From Isurus oxyrinchus (taxonomy: Eukaryota), in contig JANJGN010000014.1 in the NCBI GenBank assembly GCA_026770705.1, positions 125,364,001-125,428,000 on the forward strand: DNA of 64,000 nt. The letters run 5' to 3'. The notes under the pieces were generated by a model. It worked only from the letters and a program-made list of their open reading frames with translations. It made no database searches and was not told where the DNA came from. Numbering within the stretch: the first letter of the stretch is position 1; each line of letters opens with the position of its first letter. The position numbers and the translations under genes were made by a program. Positions 27,491-38,850 of this stretch are shown one piece after another.

Positions 27491-29404
27491 CTTTAACATT
27501 GCATGGCATTAAAAAGCTGTAACTTCTTCCAGTATTCTGCCCAATATTACTACAACAGATGACACAACAAAAACAGGGATCCATCATTTCACTGCTTTAC
27601 CAGGGAGACTGCTTGCTCAGAATGGCTGCTATTTTCGCTTAACCCAACAGTCGTAATAAGTTGTTTTGAATGTTGATGCGATAGGATGCTATAGAAAAAG
27701 TAAAGAAAAGCTTTCCTATGAATCTTTTTCTAATGCTATCAATTTCAATGCCTTGCTACAAATATTAAAAAGCAAGAGGACAGTCAGATTGTTTTAGATA
27801 CACTCAGAACTGAATCAGGCCACTCTTCTTCATAGACCATTGATCCTTCTACACCTGATCAATTCTTTTTTCCTGTGTTCTACTGAAGTCAGCATCCAAT
27901 AGGGAAATAGCACATTGCAGAAGTAAATTCCAAAATATGGATACCACCTTCTCATTGTGAGCTCATGGTCTTTTTAAGCTTACAAATCATAACCTTAGAT
28001 CTTGATTCTGCAAAAGCAAAAAGTCTAACCACCTGATCGATCTTATTCATCAGTTTAAAAACTGGATTCAACTATCTCCCATGCAGAAAAAAAACTACCT
28101 CCGCCAATGTAGCCAGGATAACCTTCTTTACTTTCTTCAATGGTTCAGGTTTTTAGGTCATTCTCACTAGCTTTTTCTTTTCTGAAGGGTACACAGTGAC
28201 AACAACATTTCTAAGTATGATCCAATACTTCAAATACATTGTGCAACTTGCATCTCTTCCTTAATACTTACCGAGATAATTGGCTTTCCATTGCCTTTCA
28301 ACATTTGACATTTTCTCTGATCTACCATAACGGTGCACTTATGTACTTGTTTCACATTTTTATTTTTAAAATTTCAATATTGATTATTTATTCAGCCAGA
28401 TAAGTTTGAATTCCATCACCCTCTTCAGAATATTCTTGTTTTCCAGACAATGATGACATCCACAACTTAAATTCTTACAATACTCTCATTAAACTGTACA
28501 TTATAAGTATTTCAAGCACAAGTCCCAGAACCAATCCCTATAGTAGACTAGTCACAGCTACCTAATTAGAACAGTCATTGATAACTAAAATCTATTTCTT
28601 GTCCAGACATTTCACTATCTAAACTACAACTTAATTATTTCCAGAAGCTGGCAATTCAGTGCTTTGTAAATGAACCTCATTACACTCCTGGTTTAGAAAA
28701 CATCTGATAACAACCACAAAATATTCTAGTTCAGATTTTGGTAGCTGGCACAATCCAGGCCACATCAACAAAAATTATGGTTGTTTCAATTAAATTATGG
28801 CTGTTTCTCTTAAAACTACTTACATTATAAAACATTTAGACTCAAAAAATATTCCAACTCCGAGAAACCTTATGACCAGTTACTGTAATGAATTGTTGCC
28901 AAAAAGTTTTTGACATATAATTTATTCCTCACTCTAGTTGGTGAAAGGCTGACTTTATTTTTAAACTAACAGCCCACCCTAACTCTGCCCACTACAACAA
29001 ATGAATGTTCTAAGAGTCTCATTGTTCAACAGCAAATTGCCAACTTAGCTCACCACTTTTTACAGTGCAAGTTTCTCAATGGGATAAAAGCTGAACGAAC
29101 AATCATGTTTTTAGCTTCCTGTTTATACTTGCCCTCAACTTTAAAAACTTCTCGCGTTGTCATCTATTATAGCATGAAGCTCAATTTCCATTCATACCAC
29201 CCAAAATGACATGAATCATTGACAAAAGTTAATCACTGGAGTCGAGGCTTGAGCTTCAAGGCAGATTGGCATGAGATACTTCTCAACTCTGGCCACGGTA
29301 CTTCAACTGCAGCATTTCTTACACAATACCATTTTAATACCTGTTATTGCATGAATGTACATGAAATGATTTCTGAAGTGTGTTCATTACAGTATTTGTA
29401 TTAG

Positions 29405-29815
29405 CTGAGCTCAGTGGGTAGTATTTGCATCTCTAGATCAGAGGGTTTTGGGTTAAAGTCACACTCCAGAAACATGCGCACAAAAATCTTGACTGACTTC
29501 AGTACACCACTAAGGGAATGCTGTCCCATTAGAGTTGCATCCTTTCGGATGAGACATTACACCAAGGCCATGGCTACTCTCTCAAGTGGACATAAAAGGT
29601 CACTTGGCACTATCGAAAAGAAGGGCAGGGGGAGTTATCTCCGGTGCCCTGCCAATATCAATCAATAAAAAACTCATTCTGTCCATAATGACATTACTGT
29701 TCTAATTATTTATGTTTCCAACAATGACTACAATTGAAATGTACTTCTTCATTGGATGAAAAACACTTTAGGATGTCCTGAGGTCATGAAAAGCCCTTTA
29801 TAAAAATGTAAGCCT
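29405..29815 (+). mobile_element. tRNA-headed Deu-domain SINE (SacSINE1/AmnSINE-like)
   Basis: Head gctcagtgggtag...gggttaaagtc, Deu core ctttcggatgagacatt...gtggacataaaagg...ggcactat..aagaagggcaggggg, L2-type tail. Confidence 0.75.
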
Positions 29816-30971
29816 TTTTTTCCTTATGCTCTCTCTCATCTACATTCTTCCAAAAGTCAAGACAACAAGCATTTAGCCTGTTCTCAACAATGTTGCTCTA
29901 CAGCTAGGAGGTATAAAGGCCAGAGTATCAATTTCCCTCTGCTTTTTGTTTCTTTTTTTCCCCAGTGACAATTTATCAGGTGAGAAACTACATTGGCAGT
30001 GGTTCACGCAAGTACAATCACCTTCCACTTTTACATTTCCATGCTATACAAGGCACATTATATGAACTATTAAAAGCTTGTGAATAATGTTCAAAACAAG
30101 GATCGAATTATCTGCTTTAATAAAAATTCAGACTTAAACAAGGGTTCAGCATTAAATCCTCTTTTAAATATAGCATGGAAAGCTTAACACAATCCTATCT
30201 CAGCAGTTCTCTTACCTCTTGCAAACCTTCAGAAAATTCCTTTTTAAAATCACCTACGGCAAGTATTTTTATAAAAAAACTCATCAAGGTGAAGGATCAG
30301 TGCTGGGGAAGAGGCATGCCAGGTGAACGACAGTGCAACCACACAAAGTTCACTCAACTTTGCTCCAACGATATGGTCGAATTTTGGTTTTAGAATGTTG
30401 CTGCTGCAAGTTACTTGGAATTAAATTGAGGGTCAATGCACAAAGAACCCTTAAAGACAGAAAATATGCTTGCATCCATTAACTCTGACTGTTTTAAACT
30501 CAGGTAAAACTTAAGAGGTGAATCTGCCATCCAATCTTCCAGAAATTCTTTTGCATATTCACAAGAAACCATTTTCCCTCTGCTTTCATCTGACCTATTG
30601 CCAATATCTATTGTGTCAATTCTACTTTCTGCTTCCACTCATAACAGTCCCTCACAAAAATCTTTGCGTTGTGCGTAAGGCAAGTCAGGTTTTCCTGGAA
30701 TTTAAAATTGCAATGATCAGGAGTTACAAATCTACATGCTGAACCTTATATTGGAAGCTTGTGAAGCATGAAGCAAATAAAAGTTAAAGTCACACTAACT
30801 ATACCAGAGTTGAAAACAAAGAAAACTGCGGATGCTGGAAATCTAAAACAAAAACAGAATTACCTGGAAAAACTCAGTAGGTCTGGCAGCATCGGCGGAG
30901 GAGAAAAGAGTTGACGTTTCGAGTCCTCATGACCCTTCGACAGAACTTGATTTCGAGTCCAGGAAAGAGTT

Positions 30972-32636
30972 TCCAGGACTGTCACTGACCTCATCTCCTC
31001 TGGGGATCTCCCTCCCACAGCTTCCAACCTGATAGTCGCCCAACCTCGGACGGCCCGCTTCTATCTCCTACCCAAAATCCACAAACAGAACTGCCCTGGT
31101 AGACCGATCGTCTCAGCTTGCTCCTGCCCCACAGAACTCATTTCTCGTTATCTTGACTCCCTTCTCTCTCCCCTTGTCCAGTCCCTTCCCACCTACATCC
31201 GTGATTCCTCTGACACCTTACGTCACATCAACAATTTCCAGTTCCCTGGCTCCAACCGCTTCCTCTTCACCATGGACGTCCAATCCCTCTACACCTCCAT
31301 CCCCCACCAGGATGGTCTGAGGGCCCTTAGCTTCTTCCTCGAACAGAGGCCCGAACAATCCCCATCCACCACTACTCTCCTCCGTCTGGCTGAACTTGTT
31401 CTCACGTTGAACAATTTCTCCTTCAACTCCTCTCACTTTCTCCAAATAAAAGGTGTGGCTATGGGTACCCGCATGGGCCCCAGCTATGCCTGTCTCTTTA
31501 TGGGATATGTGGAACATTCCTTGTTGCAGTCCTACCCCGGCCCCCTTCCACAACTTTTTCTCCGGTACATCGATGATTACTTCGGTGCTGCTTCATGCTC
31601 TCGTCGGGACTTGGAAAAATTTATTAATTTTGCTTCCAATCTCCACCCCTCCATCATTTTCACGTGGTCCATCTCTGACACTTCCCTTCCCTTCCTTGAC
31701 CTTTCTGTCTCAATCTCTGGTGATAGACTGTCCACCAATATCCACTACAAACCCACCGACTCCCACAGCTACCTCGACTACAGCTCCTCACACCCCGCTT
31801 CCTGTAAGGACTCCATCCCATTCTCCCAGTTCCTTCGCCTTCGTCGCATCTGTTCCGATGATGCTACCTTCAAAAACGGTTCCTCTGACATGTCCTCCTT
31901 CTTCCTTAACCGAGGTTTTCCACCCACGGTCGTTGACAGGGCCCTCAACCGTGTCCGGCCCATCTCCCGCGCATCCGCCCTCACGCCTTCTCCTCCCTCC
32001 CAGAAACATGATAGGGTCCCCCTTGTCCTCACTTATCACCCCACCAGCCTCCGCATTCAAAGGATCATCCTCCGCCATTTCCGCCAACTCCAGCATGATG
32101 CCACCACCAAACACATCTTCCCTTCACCCCCCTTATCGGCATTCCGTAGAGATCGCTCCCTCCGGGACACCCTGGTCCACTCCTCCATCACCCCCTACTC
32201 CTCAACCCCCTCCTATGGCACCACCCCATGCCCACGCAAAAGATGTAACACCTGCCCCTTCACTTCCTCTCTCCTCACCGTCCAAGGGCCCAAACATTCC
32301 TTTCAAGTGAAGCAGCATTTCACTTGCATTTCACCCAACTTAGTCTACTGCATTCGTTGCTCCCAATGTGGTCTCCTCTACATTGGAGAGACCAAACGTA
32401 AACTGGGCGACCGCTTTGCAGAACACCTGCGGTCTGTCCGCAAGAATGACCCAAACCTCCCTGTGGCTTGCCATTTTAACACTCCACCCTGCTCTCTTGC
32501 CCACATGTCTGTCCTTGGCTTACTGCATTGTTCCAGTGAAGCCCAACGCAAACTGGAGGAACAACACCTCATCTTCCGACTAGGCACCTTACAGCCTTCC
32601 GGTCTGAATATTGAATTCAATAACTTTAGGTCGTGA
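30972..32636 (+). CDS. Penelope RT + Cys-rich linker + GIY-YIG endonuclease (N-terminally truncated, stop-free)
   Basis: Frame is open from 30972: FYLLPKIHK..GRPIVS, MDVQSLYTSIP, KGVAMGTRMGPSYA, LRYIDD, LPFLD, CPRKRCNTC, LVYCIRC..C..LYIGETKR.L..RFAEH, terminal GLN. Confidence 0.93.
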   Translation, partial: SRTVTDLISSGDLPPTASNLIVAQPRTARFYLLPKIHKQNCPGRPIVSACSCPTELISRYLDSLLSPLVQSLPTYIRDSSDTLRHINNFQFPGSNRFLFTMDVQSLYTSIPHQDGLRALSFFLEQRPEQSPSTTTLLRLAELVLTLNNFSFNSSHFLQIKGVAMGTRMGPSYACLFMGYVEHSLLQSYPGPLPQLFLRYIDDYFGAASCSRRDLEKFINFASNLHPSIIFTWSISDTSLPFLDLSVSISGDRLSTNIHYKPTDSHSYLDYSSSHPASCKDSIPFSQFLRLRRICSDDATFKNGSSDMSSFFLNRGFPPTVVDRALNRVRPISRASALTPSPPSQKHDRVPLVLTYHPTSLRIQRIILRHFRQLQHDATTKHIFPSPPLSAFRRDRSLRDTLVHSSITPYSSTPSYGTTPCPRKRCNTCPFTSSLLTVQGPKHSFQVKQHFTCISPNLVYCIRCSQCGLLYIGETKRKLGDRFAEHLRSVRKNDPNLPVACHFNTPPCSLAHMSVLGLLHCSSEAQRKLEEQHLIFRLGTLQPSGLNIEFNNFRS

Positions 32637-33040
32637 GCTCCCTCCCCCATCCCCACCCCCTTTCTGTTTCCCCCTTTTTTTCCCCCTTTTTTTTCCCTAT
32701 AAATTTTATAGATTTTTCTTTTCCCACCTATTTCCATTATTTTTAAATATTTTAAAATCCTTTATGCTCCCCCCACCCCCACTAGAGCTGTACCTTGAGT
32801 GCCCTACCATCCATTCTTAATTAGCACATTCGTTTAGATAATATCACCAACTTTAACTTTAACACCTATGTGTTCTTTGGTACCATTGTTACTGACATCT
32901 TTTGATGATCTGCTTCTATCACTGCTTGTTTGTCTACACAAGCACCTCTGTCTCTCTCTCTCTCTCCTTCCCCCCCCCCCCCCCCCCCCCACACACCTTA
33001 AACCAGCTTATATTTCAACTCTTTCCTGGACTCGAAATCA

Positions 33041-33079
33041 AGTTCTGTCGAAGGGTCATGAGGACTCGAAACGTCAACT
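33041..33079 (+). ncRNA. Minimal type I hammerhead-ribozyme-like motif with variant core
   Basis: AGTT-CTGTCGA-A-GGGTC-atgag-GACTC-GAAA-CG-TC-AACT: stem I AGTT/AACT, stem II GGGTC/GACTC, palindromic ACGT at helix III. Copies on the minus strand at 30909-30947, 37671-37709, 54018-54056, 61348-61386. Confidence 0.75.
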
Positions 33080-35367
33080 CTTTTCTCCTCCGCCGATGCT
33101 GCCAGACCTACTGAGTTTTTCCAGGTAATTCTGTTTTTGTTTCTAACTATACCAGCCTTGGGCAGACACCACAATTTTTATTTTCAGCACTGTGCTTTCC
33201 CTGACCCCCTTCTGATTTCCAATCATTTGGACAAGAGGAGGAAAAGAGGAAGATGGGTAAAGAAATCCATTAGTGTGCAATTTGTACAATGTTTTAAGGG
33301 AGTCACACCATATACAAATATAAAAATAAGTTAAAGTCTGAAATTGCTGCCCCGATTCAAAATACATCAATGACATTTTAATGCAGGAAACAAAAGATCC
33401 GATATTTTTCATGATCTAATCAAGGTCAACAGCAAAAAAAATCAATCACTGCAAAAAGCAACACATAGAAAGTCAACAAGAAATATTAGGACAATTACCA
33501 TCTCTAGTCTTCCTAGCTACTCACTCTCCTACCTGGTTCAATTATATTCCTAAAAGCTTCAACCAGCCCCATTTCTACTGCGAGTCAAGTTTCACTCATC
33601 TCCATTACATCAGGCTGCAAATCTGCTTCTCTGCATTTCTCCTGCTCTCTTTCACCGGTCCTTTATCAGTGTTCAAAAAATAAATTTTCTAAAAACCACA
33701 GGCCTACTGCTGTGTAGGTTAGTTCTGCCTTTCATTCGTAAAAAGCACATCAATATTGTTCTTCCTCAATCTTTAACCTCACTTTCTCCCTTTCATTAAT
33801 ATCCACCCTCATCTCACTATTCCATTCAAAAGCACAATCCTTTTCATTCATACAATTCCAACTGCTCATGTTCCCTCTCAGCTTCAGTCCTTCCAAAGCT
33901 GTGGCTCCGACAGTACCCATGCACATTTAATCATACACCATCTCTGCTTTCCCTCTCTCTTCTCCCTGCAGGCTCTGACTGCAGCAATATTCTTGAATCA
34001 ATTGCAAGTATACCTCAGTTCATATGCTTCCAGTTTCTTTCCTTAGCTTTGCTCTATTGCAATGTTCTTGTTTGTACTATACATAAGCTGGCTCGCTCTC
34101 TGAATTGCACACAGCAACATCCCTCCTGTTACATATCCCTTCCCCCATGGCTCGGGTGTAGCTTTTTGCTCTCTGTACTAGCAATTTCTGCCAGTACGTC
34201 CCACTCTCATTCATACATTTCCAATCTCTTCCCTCCCTAATAATCTCACTGCTGCCATCAAAACCACCCTGCCAAATACAGCCTCTACATCACTGTCCTT
34301 AATGTTGTTATAGATTTTAAAATGCTGAAATTTTCTTGTTTCCTGCTCCACACACTGACTTTACTGCGCCAGTTTCTCTGCTGTTGATATAGCCACCACA
34401 TCACCTAAGCTTTCATTCATCCATTCCAGAATTACTGCTGCACGTTCTCCACTTCGATGATGTCACTAAGATGTTCAATTATCTCATGCACTTATTTCCA
34501 GCTTTATCGAGTTGTTTTAACAAACCATTTATTTCCCACAGTCTTCTCTTCTACAACCAATGTCATAATACATCACCATTCTTTTTCATACCTACACAGT
34601 TGCTATCCAGTACATGTTACAGGTTCTATAGCACACTGCAGGTCTTTTCCAACTGCACCACCCTCCCACTATCCTGTTGGTAGCCAAGTGTCAATCAGAT
34701 ACATCATTTTTACATTTTCCTCCCCAATTTTACATCACTCATTGGAAAAATTGCATTTCAACATTACATTCCTCCCCCCATCCCCCCCCCCCCCCCCCCA
34801 ATCATAACCTGTGCTATCCTCCACTGCACCACTGCTGTGAATAGTATCAACATGATCTCATTCACTGATTTTGTATTCCAGTCTTCAATTCTCTCCCTGG
34901 ACTAACAATACTGCAACATGTTCAATACTACACACGTTCTGAACATGTGAAAAAAAAACATAAAACGCACGCGTTTTTTTTAAAGAAGATTTAATAGCAA
35001 ACCTGATCCATTATCTCCATACTGCATCATTAACACTTTACAGTGGTTGCAATGTATACCATTTCTCCCTTTAATTGCGAAGCACGTCTCGGCTGGTGAC
35101 ACAGTCAGTAACTCACTCACTCGCTTGCTCTCTCCCCACTAAGCATGCAGTTAAATTGCCAGGAAGGTTGCACTCTTGTACTCCTCCAGCAACTGCTCCC
35201 CGCCCCCACCCGGACCCGTGCAGCGCCCGCACACTACCCGCCCCCCACCCCGCCTCGAGCCCCGCGGGTTCACCGGATTGCGCCGCTCGCGCTTCTACCC
35301 CCCTCCACCCCCGGGGCCGTTGGGCTGAGGAAACCGCCACCGCCGCTTGCTCCCCCATTCCGGATAC

Positions 35368-35470
35368 CTGGTTGATTCTTCTCCCACTCTCCGTCCGTTC
35401 TTCTTCCTCCTCCTCCTCCTGACTCCTTTTCACTTTTACATCATGGCTCCCGCTCTGCCGGTCAGTCAGT
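35368..35470 (-). other. Candidate first (non-coding) exon of an unidentified minus-strand gene; TSS not determined
   Basis: Donor AACCAG|gtatcc at 35368 inside the CpG island. Purine-rich exon body with GGAGCC-ATG-ATG-TAA (35436-35444). Confidence 0.55.
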
Positions 35471-35697
35471 TAGTGTATGTGTGTGTGTTGGGGGGGGGGG
35501 GGGGGCGGGGGAGGGAAAGGGAGGTCGAGGGGTAGTGGTGGTGGGGGATGAGGGTAAAGGGGAGGGGACTCAGCACAGAGCGGTAAATTACGGAGTCGCT
35601 CCGTTTCCACTCGGTGTCGATTCACGGCCTGAACGATTCAAACGCCACTCACTGCAAAGCTCCAGCCAAAAAAATTTTTTCCCCCCCCTGCCGTAGG

Positions 35698-35945
35698 GCG
35701 CATGCGCGCACCTTGTCAGCCCAAGTTCGTCCCGGCCGCAGAACGCATGCGCGCCCCTTGTGCCCCCCCAGTTCGTCCCGGCTGCAGAGCGCATGCGCGC
35801 CCCTTGTGCGCCCCCCCCATCCCCCCAGTTCGTCCCGGCCGCAGAGCGCATGCGCGCCCCTTGAGCACCCAGATCGTCCCGGCCGCAGAGCGCGTGCGCG
35901 CCCCTTGCGCACCAAGCCCGTCCCAACCGCAGAGCGCATGCCTCG
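35698..35945. repeat. ~45-bp GC-rich minisatellite, each unit carrying an NRF1-like GCGCATGCGC
   Basis: Motifs at 35698, 35743, 35789, 35846, 35890, 35934 in unit ccagttcgtcccggccgcagagcgcatgcgcgccccttg. Confidence 0.9.
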
Positions 35946-36484
35946 AGCCTCGTCAGGCGCCGCGGTCTTTCCCATGGACCCGGCTTTTCAGGCTGTCGTT
36001 ATCCAACAGACATAGCGTGCTCAGCGCTGCCCGTTCTCCAGACGCCAGACAGCTAAACCGAGGCTGCGGTGCCGGCGGGCTGAGGGGGTAGGGGGTGGTG
36101 GAGGGGGGGGGGGGGGGTGGGTTTGAGTGTAAGCACGTGATCTCCATTTGCAGCCACGTGGTGGCAATGAGATGCAGGATCACGGAAGTGTCACAGCACC
36201 GAAGGGTCTGCACCAACTCTCCCAATGAACAATTCACCTAGTGCCATTACCCTGCCTCCTCGCTGTAACCCCTGCATATTCTTCCTATTCAGATAATCCA
36301 ATTCCCCCTTGTATGGCCCAGCTGAAACCATTGTCAATTGTCACCAACAGGACAGACCCAGCAGAGGTGGTATACAGTTGGGAGGCAGTTACCCTGGGAG
36401 TCCTCAACAGCGACTCTGGATCCCACGAAGTTTTATTGTATCGGGCCCAAACACACACCCTCAGTACTCCTCCATGTTGTACAT

Positions 36485-37397
36485 TAGAGTCATAGAGTTA
36501 TTCAACACAGAAATGGTGCCATTGTGCCCAAACTGGCCATCAAGCACCTATCCTAATCCCATTTTCCAGCACTTGGCCCGTAGCCCTGTATGCTATGGCG
36601 TTTCACGTGCTCATCTGAATACTTCTTAAATGCCCTGCCTCTACCACCCCCTCAGGCAGTGTGTTCCATATCCCAACCACCCTCTGGGTGAAAAAAAATT
36701 TCCTTAAATCGCCTCTAAACCTCCTGCTCCTTACCTTAAATCTATGCCGCATGGTTATTGACGCCTCGGCTAAGGGAAAAGTTTCTTCCCACCTACCCTA
36801 TCTATGCCCCTCATAATTTTGTATACCTCTATCAGGTCCCCCTCAGCATTCTCTGTTCTAAGGAAAACAACCCTAGCCTATCCAGTTCCTCTTTATAGCT
36901 GAAACGTTCCAGCCCAGGCAACATCCTGGTGAATCTCCTCTGTACCCTCTCCATTGCAATCATGTCCTCCTTCTAATATGGCGACCAAAACTGCATACAG
37001 TATTCCAGCTGTGGCCTAACTAGTGTTTTATACAGCTCCAACATAACTCCCTGCTCTTACATTCTAAGATAAAAGCAAAATACTGCGAATGCTGGAAATC
37101 TGATGAGTCATGCAGATCGAAACATTAACTCTGACTTCCTCTCCACAGATACTGTCAGACCTGCTGAGTTTTTCCAGCAATTTTTGTTTTTGTTTCTGCT
37201 CTTATATTCTATTTCCCAGCCAATAAAGGCAAATATCCCATATACCTTCTTAACTATCTTATCTACATGTGCTGCTGCCTTTAGGGATCTATGGACATGT
37301 ACACCAAGGTCCCTCTGATCCTCTCTACTTCCTAGGGTCCTACCATCCATTATGCATTCCTTTATTATGTTAGTCCTCCCAAAATGCATCACCTCAC
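36485..37397 (-). mobile_element. CR1 3' portion nested in the family-A LINE
   Basis: MHFGRTN...DQRDLGVHVHRSLK..HVDKIVKK.YG..AFI and a CR1 3' tail at 36485. Confidence 0.9.
37066..37195 (+). mobile_element. Short Penelope element: inverted extreme tail + hammerhead-containing segment
   Basis: 15-bp TSD ctgctctta(c/t)attct (37051-37065, 37196-37210). aagataaaagcaaaatactgcgaatgctggaaat is inverted, followed by ctgatgagtc...gaaac...tttttgttt. Confidence 0.85.
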
Positions 37398-37606
37398 ACG
37401 TCTTTGTTCAGAATGTACTCTGAGTGGGGAACTTCAATGGATTCGACCAGACTGGGTCTGCGGCAGGTCGTCAGGGAACCAAGAAGAGAGCAAACCATAT
37501 TTGGCCTCAAGCTCACAAGCCTGCCTGCCGCGGATGCTGCAGGAGTGACCACCTCACGGTGATGGAAATGAAATCCCATCTTCACATTGAGGATACCTGA
37601 CATCAT

Positions 37607-37728
37607 AAAACAAAAACAGAATTACCTGGAAAAACTCAGCAGGTCTGGCAGCATCGGCGGAGAAGAAAAGAGTTGACGTTTCGAGTCCTCATGACCCTTC
37701 GACAGAACTATACCTTTTATACCTTTTT
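37607..37728 (-). mobile_element. Short young Penelope element (hammerhead + 3' end)
   Basis: 14-bp TSD atacctgacatcat (37593-37606, 37729-37742). 37607-37709 is identical to 61284-61386. Confidence 0.92.
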
Positions 37729-38452
37729 ATACCTGACATCATGTTGTGTGGCACTACCACCATGCTTTGTGATTTCGAAAAGACCTAGCAACTCAAGACT
37801 GGACAACGATGAGGCACTGTGGGCCATCAGCAGCAGCAGCAGAATTGTACTCAACCACAACCTGTAACCTCATGGCCTGGCATATTCCCCACTATACCAT
37901 TCTACCATTACCACTAAGCCAGGGGATCAACCCTCGTTTAATAAAGAGTGCAGGAGGACATGCCAGGAGCGCACCAGGCATACCTAAAAATTAGGTGTTA
38001 ACCTGGTGAAGCTACAACACAGGACCACTTGCATTCCAAACAGTATAAGCAACAAGCGAGTTGCTAGTGATTCCACAACCAATGATCAAGCCTAAGCTCT
38101 GCAGTCCTGCCACATCCAGTCGTGAATGGTGGTGGACAATCAAACAACTCACTGGAGGAGGAGGAGAACACTCCATAAATATCCCCACCCTCAATGATGG
38201 GGCAGCCCAGCACATCAGTGCAAAACATGAGGCTGAAGTATTTGCAACAATCTTCAGCCAGAAGTGCCGAGTGGATGATCCATCTAATTGTCTTCCAGAG
38301 GTCCCCAGCATCACACATGCCAGTCTTCAGCCAATTCAATTCACTCCACATGATATCAAGTTATGGCTGAATGCACTGGATACTGCAAAGGCGATGGGCC
38401 CTGACAACAGTCCAGCAAGAGTACTGAAGACTTGTGGTCCAGAACTTGCTGC

Positions 38453-38850
38453 TGCCATGACTCACTGGGGATAATGCACTGTAATATCAAGCTCCACTAT
38501 TCCCCAAGCCATGACAAGTGAAAAATTTTGATCAAATCATCATATTTCCCCAATTCTACCTAACTGTTTAATCTGGGTTAACAAAATATGAGTACCAGGT
38601 TTATAAACTTAACAAGTAAATAACTGTTTATCGAACAAACTGTTGTTAATCAGTGGAAAAAGAAATAAATATGAACTGCTAATTTCTAAGTCTATAACCT
38701 AAACTCTACCCCTTCTTAAATCCCTATATACACACATATAAGACACACAAAAACATGGATTTGAAGGGTGGGATAAAATAGTTCAATAGCACCAATTCCG
38801 GAGTAGAGGATTCGATGTGTTGATTTTGATGGATGTCTTCCAAAATTCGC
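38453..38850. mobile_element. Partial LTR-like insertion inside the family-A LINE
   Basis: AT-rich non-LINE block beginning tgccatga...tgcactgta, similar in its start to the solo-LTR candidate at 58.0 kb. No second end or TSD seen. Confidence 0.35.

Larger units (their letters stand above)
30808..33142 (+). mobile_element. Young 5'-truncated Penelope-like element (Neptune-type) with inverted 5' terminal copy
   Basis: 13-bp TSD ctaactataccag (30795-30807, 33143-33155). 126-bp perfect inverted repeat 30846-30971 / 33017-33142. Uninterrupted RT-EN frame. Confidence 0.95.
35075..36200. promoter_or_regulatory. CpG-island promoter
   Basis: The only non-TE CpG-dense stretch in a CpG-depleted window. 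GC boxes (gggggcgggg at about 35501), NRF1-like palindromes, two CACGTG E-boxes (about 36134 and 36155). Confidence 0.9.

Noticed and set aside
27780-28600. Very faint CR1-like traces on the minus strand
   Set aside because: Too degraded to delimit or classify by eye.
31218-32737. Overlapping alternative-frame and antisense ORFs (e.g. 31453-32310, 285 aa)
   Set aside because: Shadows of the C-rich Penelope coding sequence; low-complexity Pro/Ser translation.
35698-35945. Repeat-spacer appearance suggesting a CRISPR array
   Set aside because: The intervening sequences are themselves homologous, there are no cas genes, and the context is eukaryotic.
35075-36237. Many 70-130 aa ORFs in the CpG island
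   Set aside because: Stop-poor GC-rich and minisatellite sequence with no recognisable domains.
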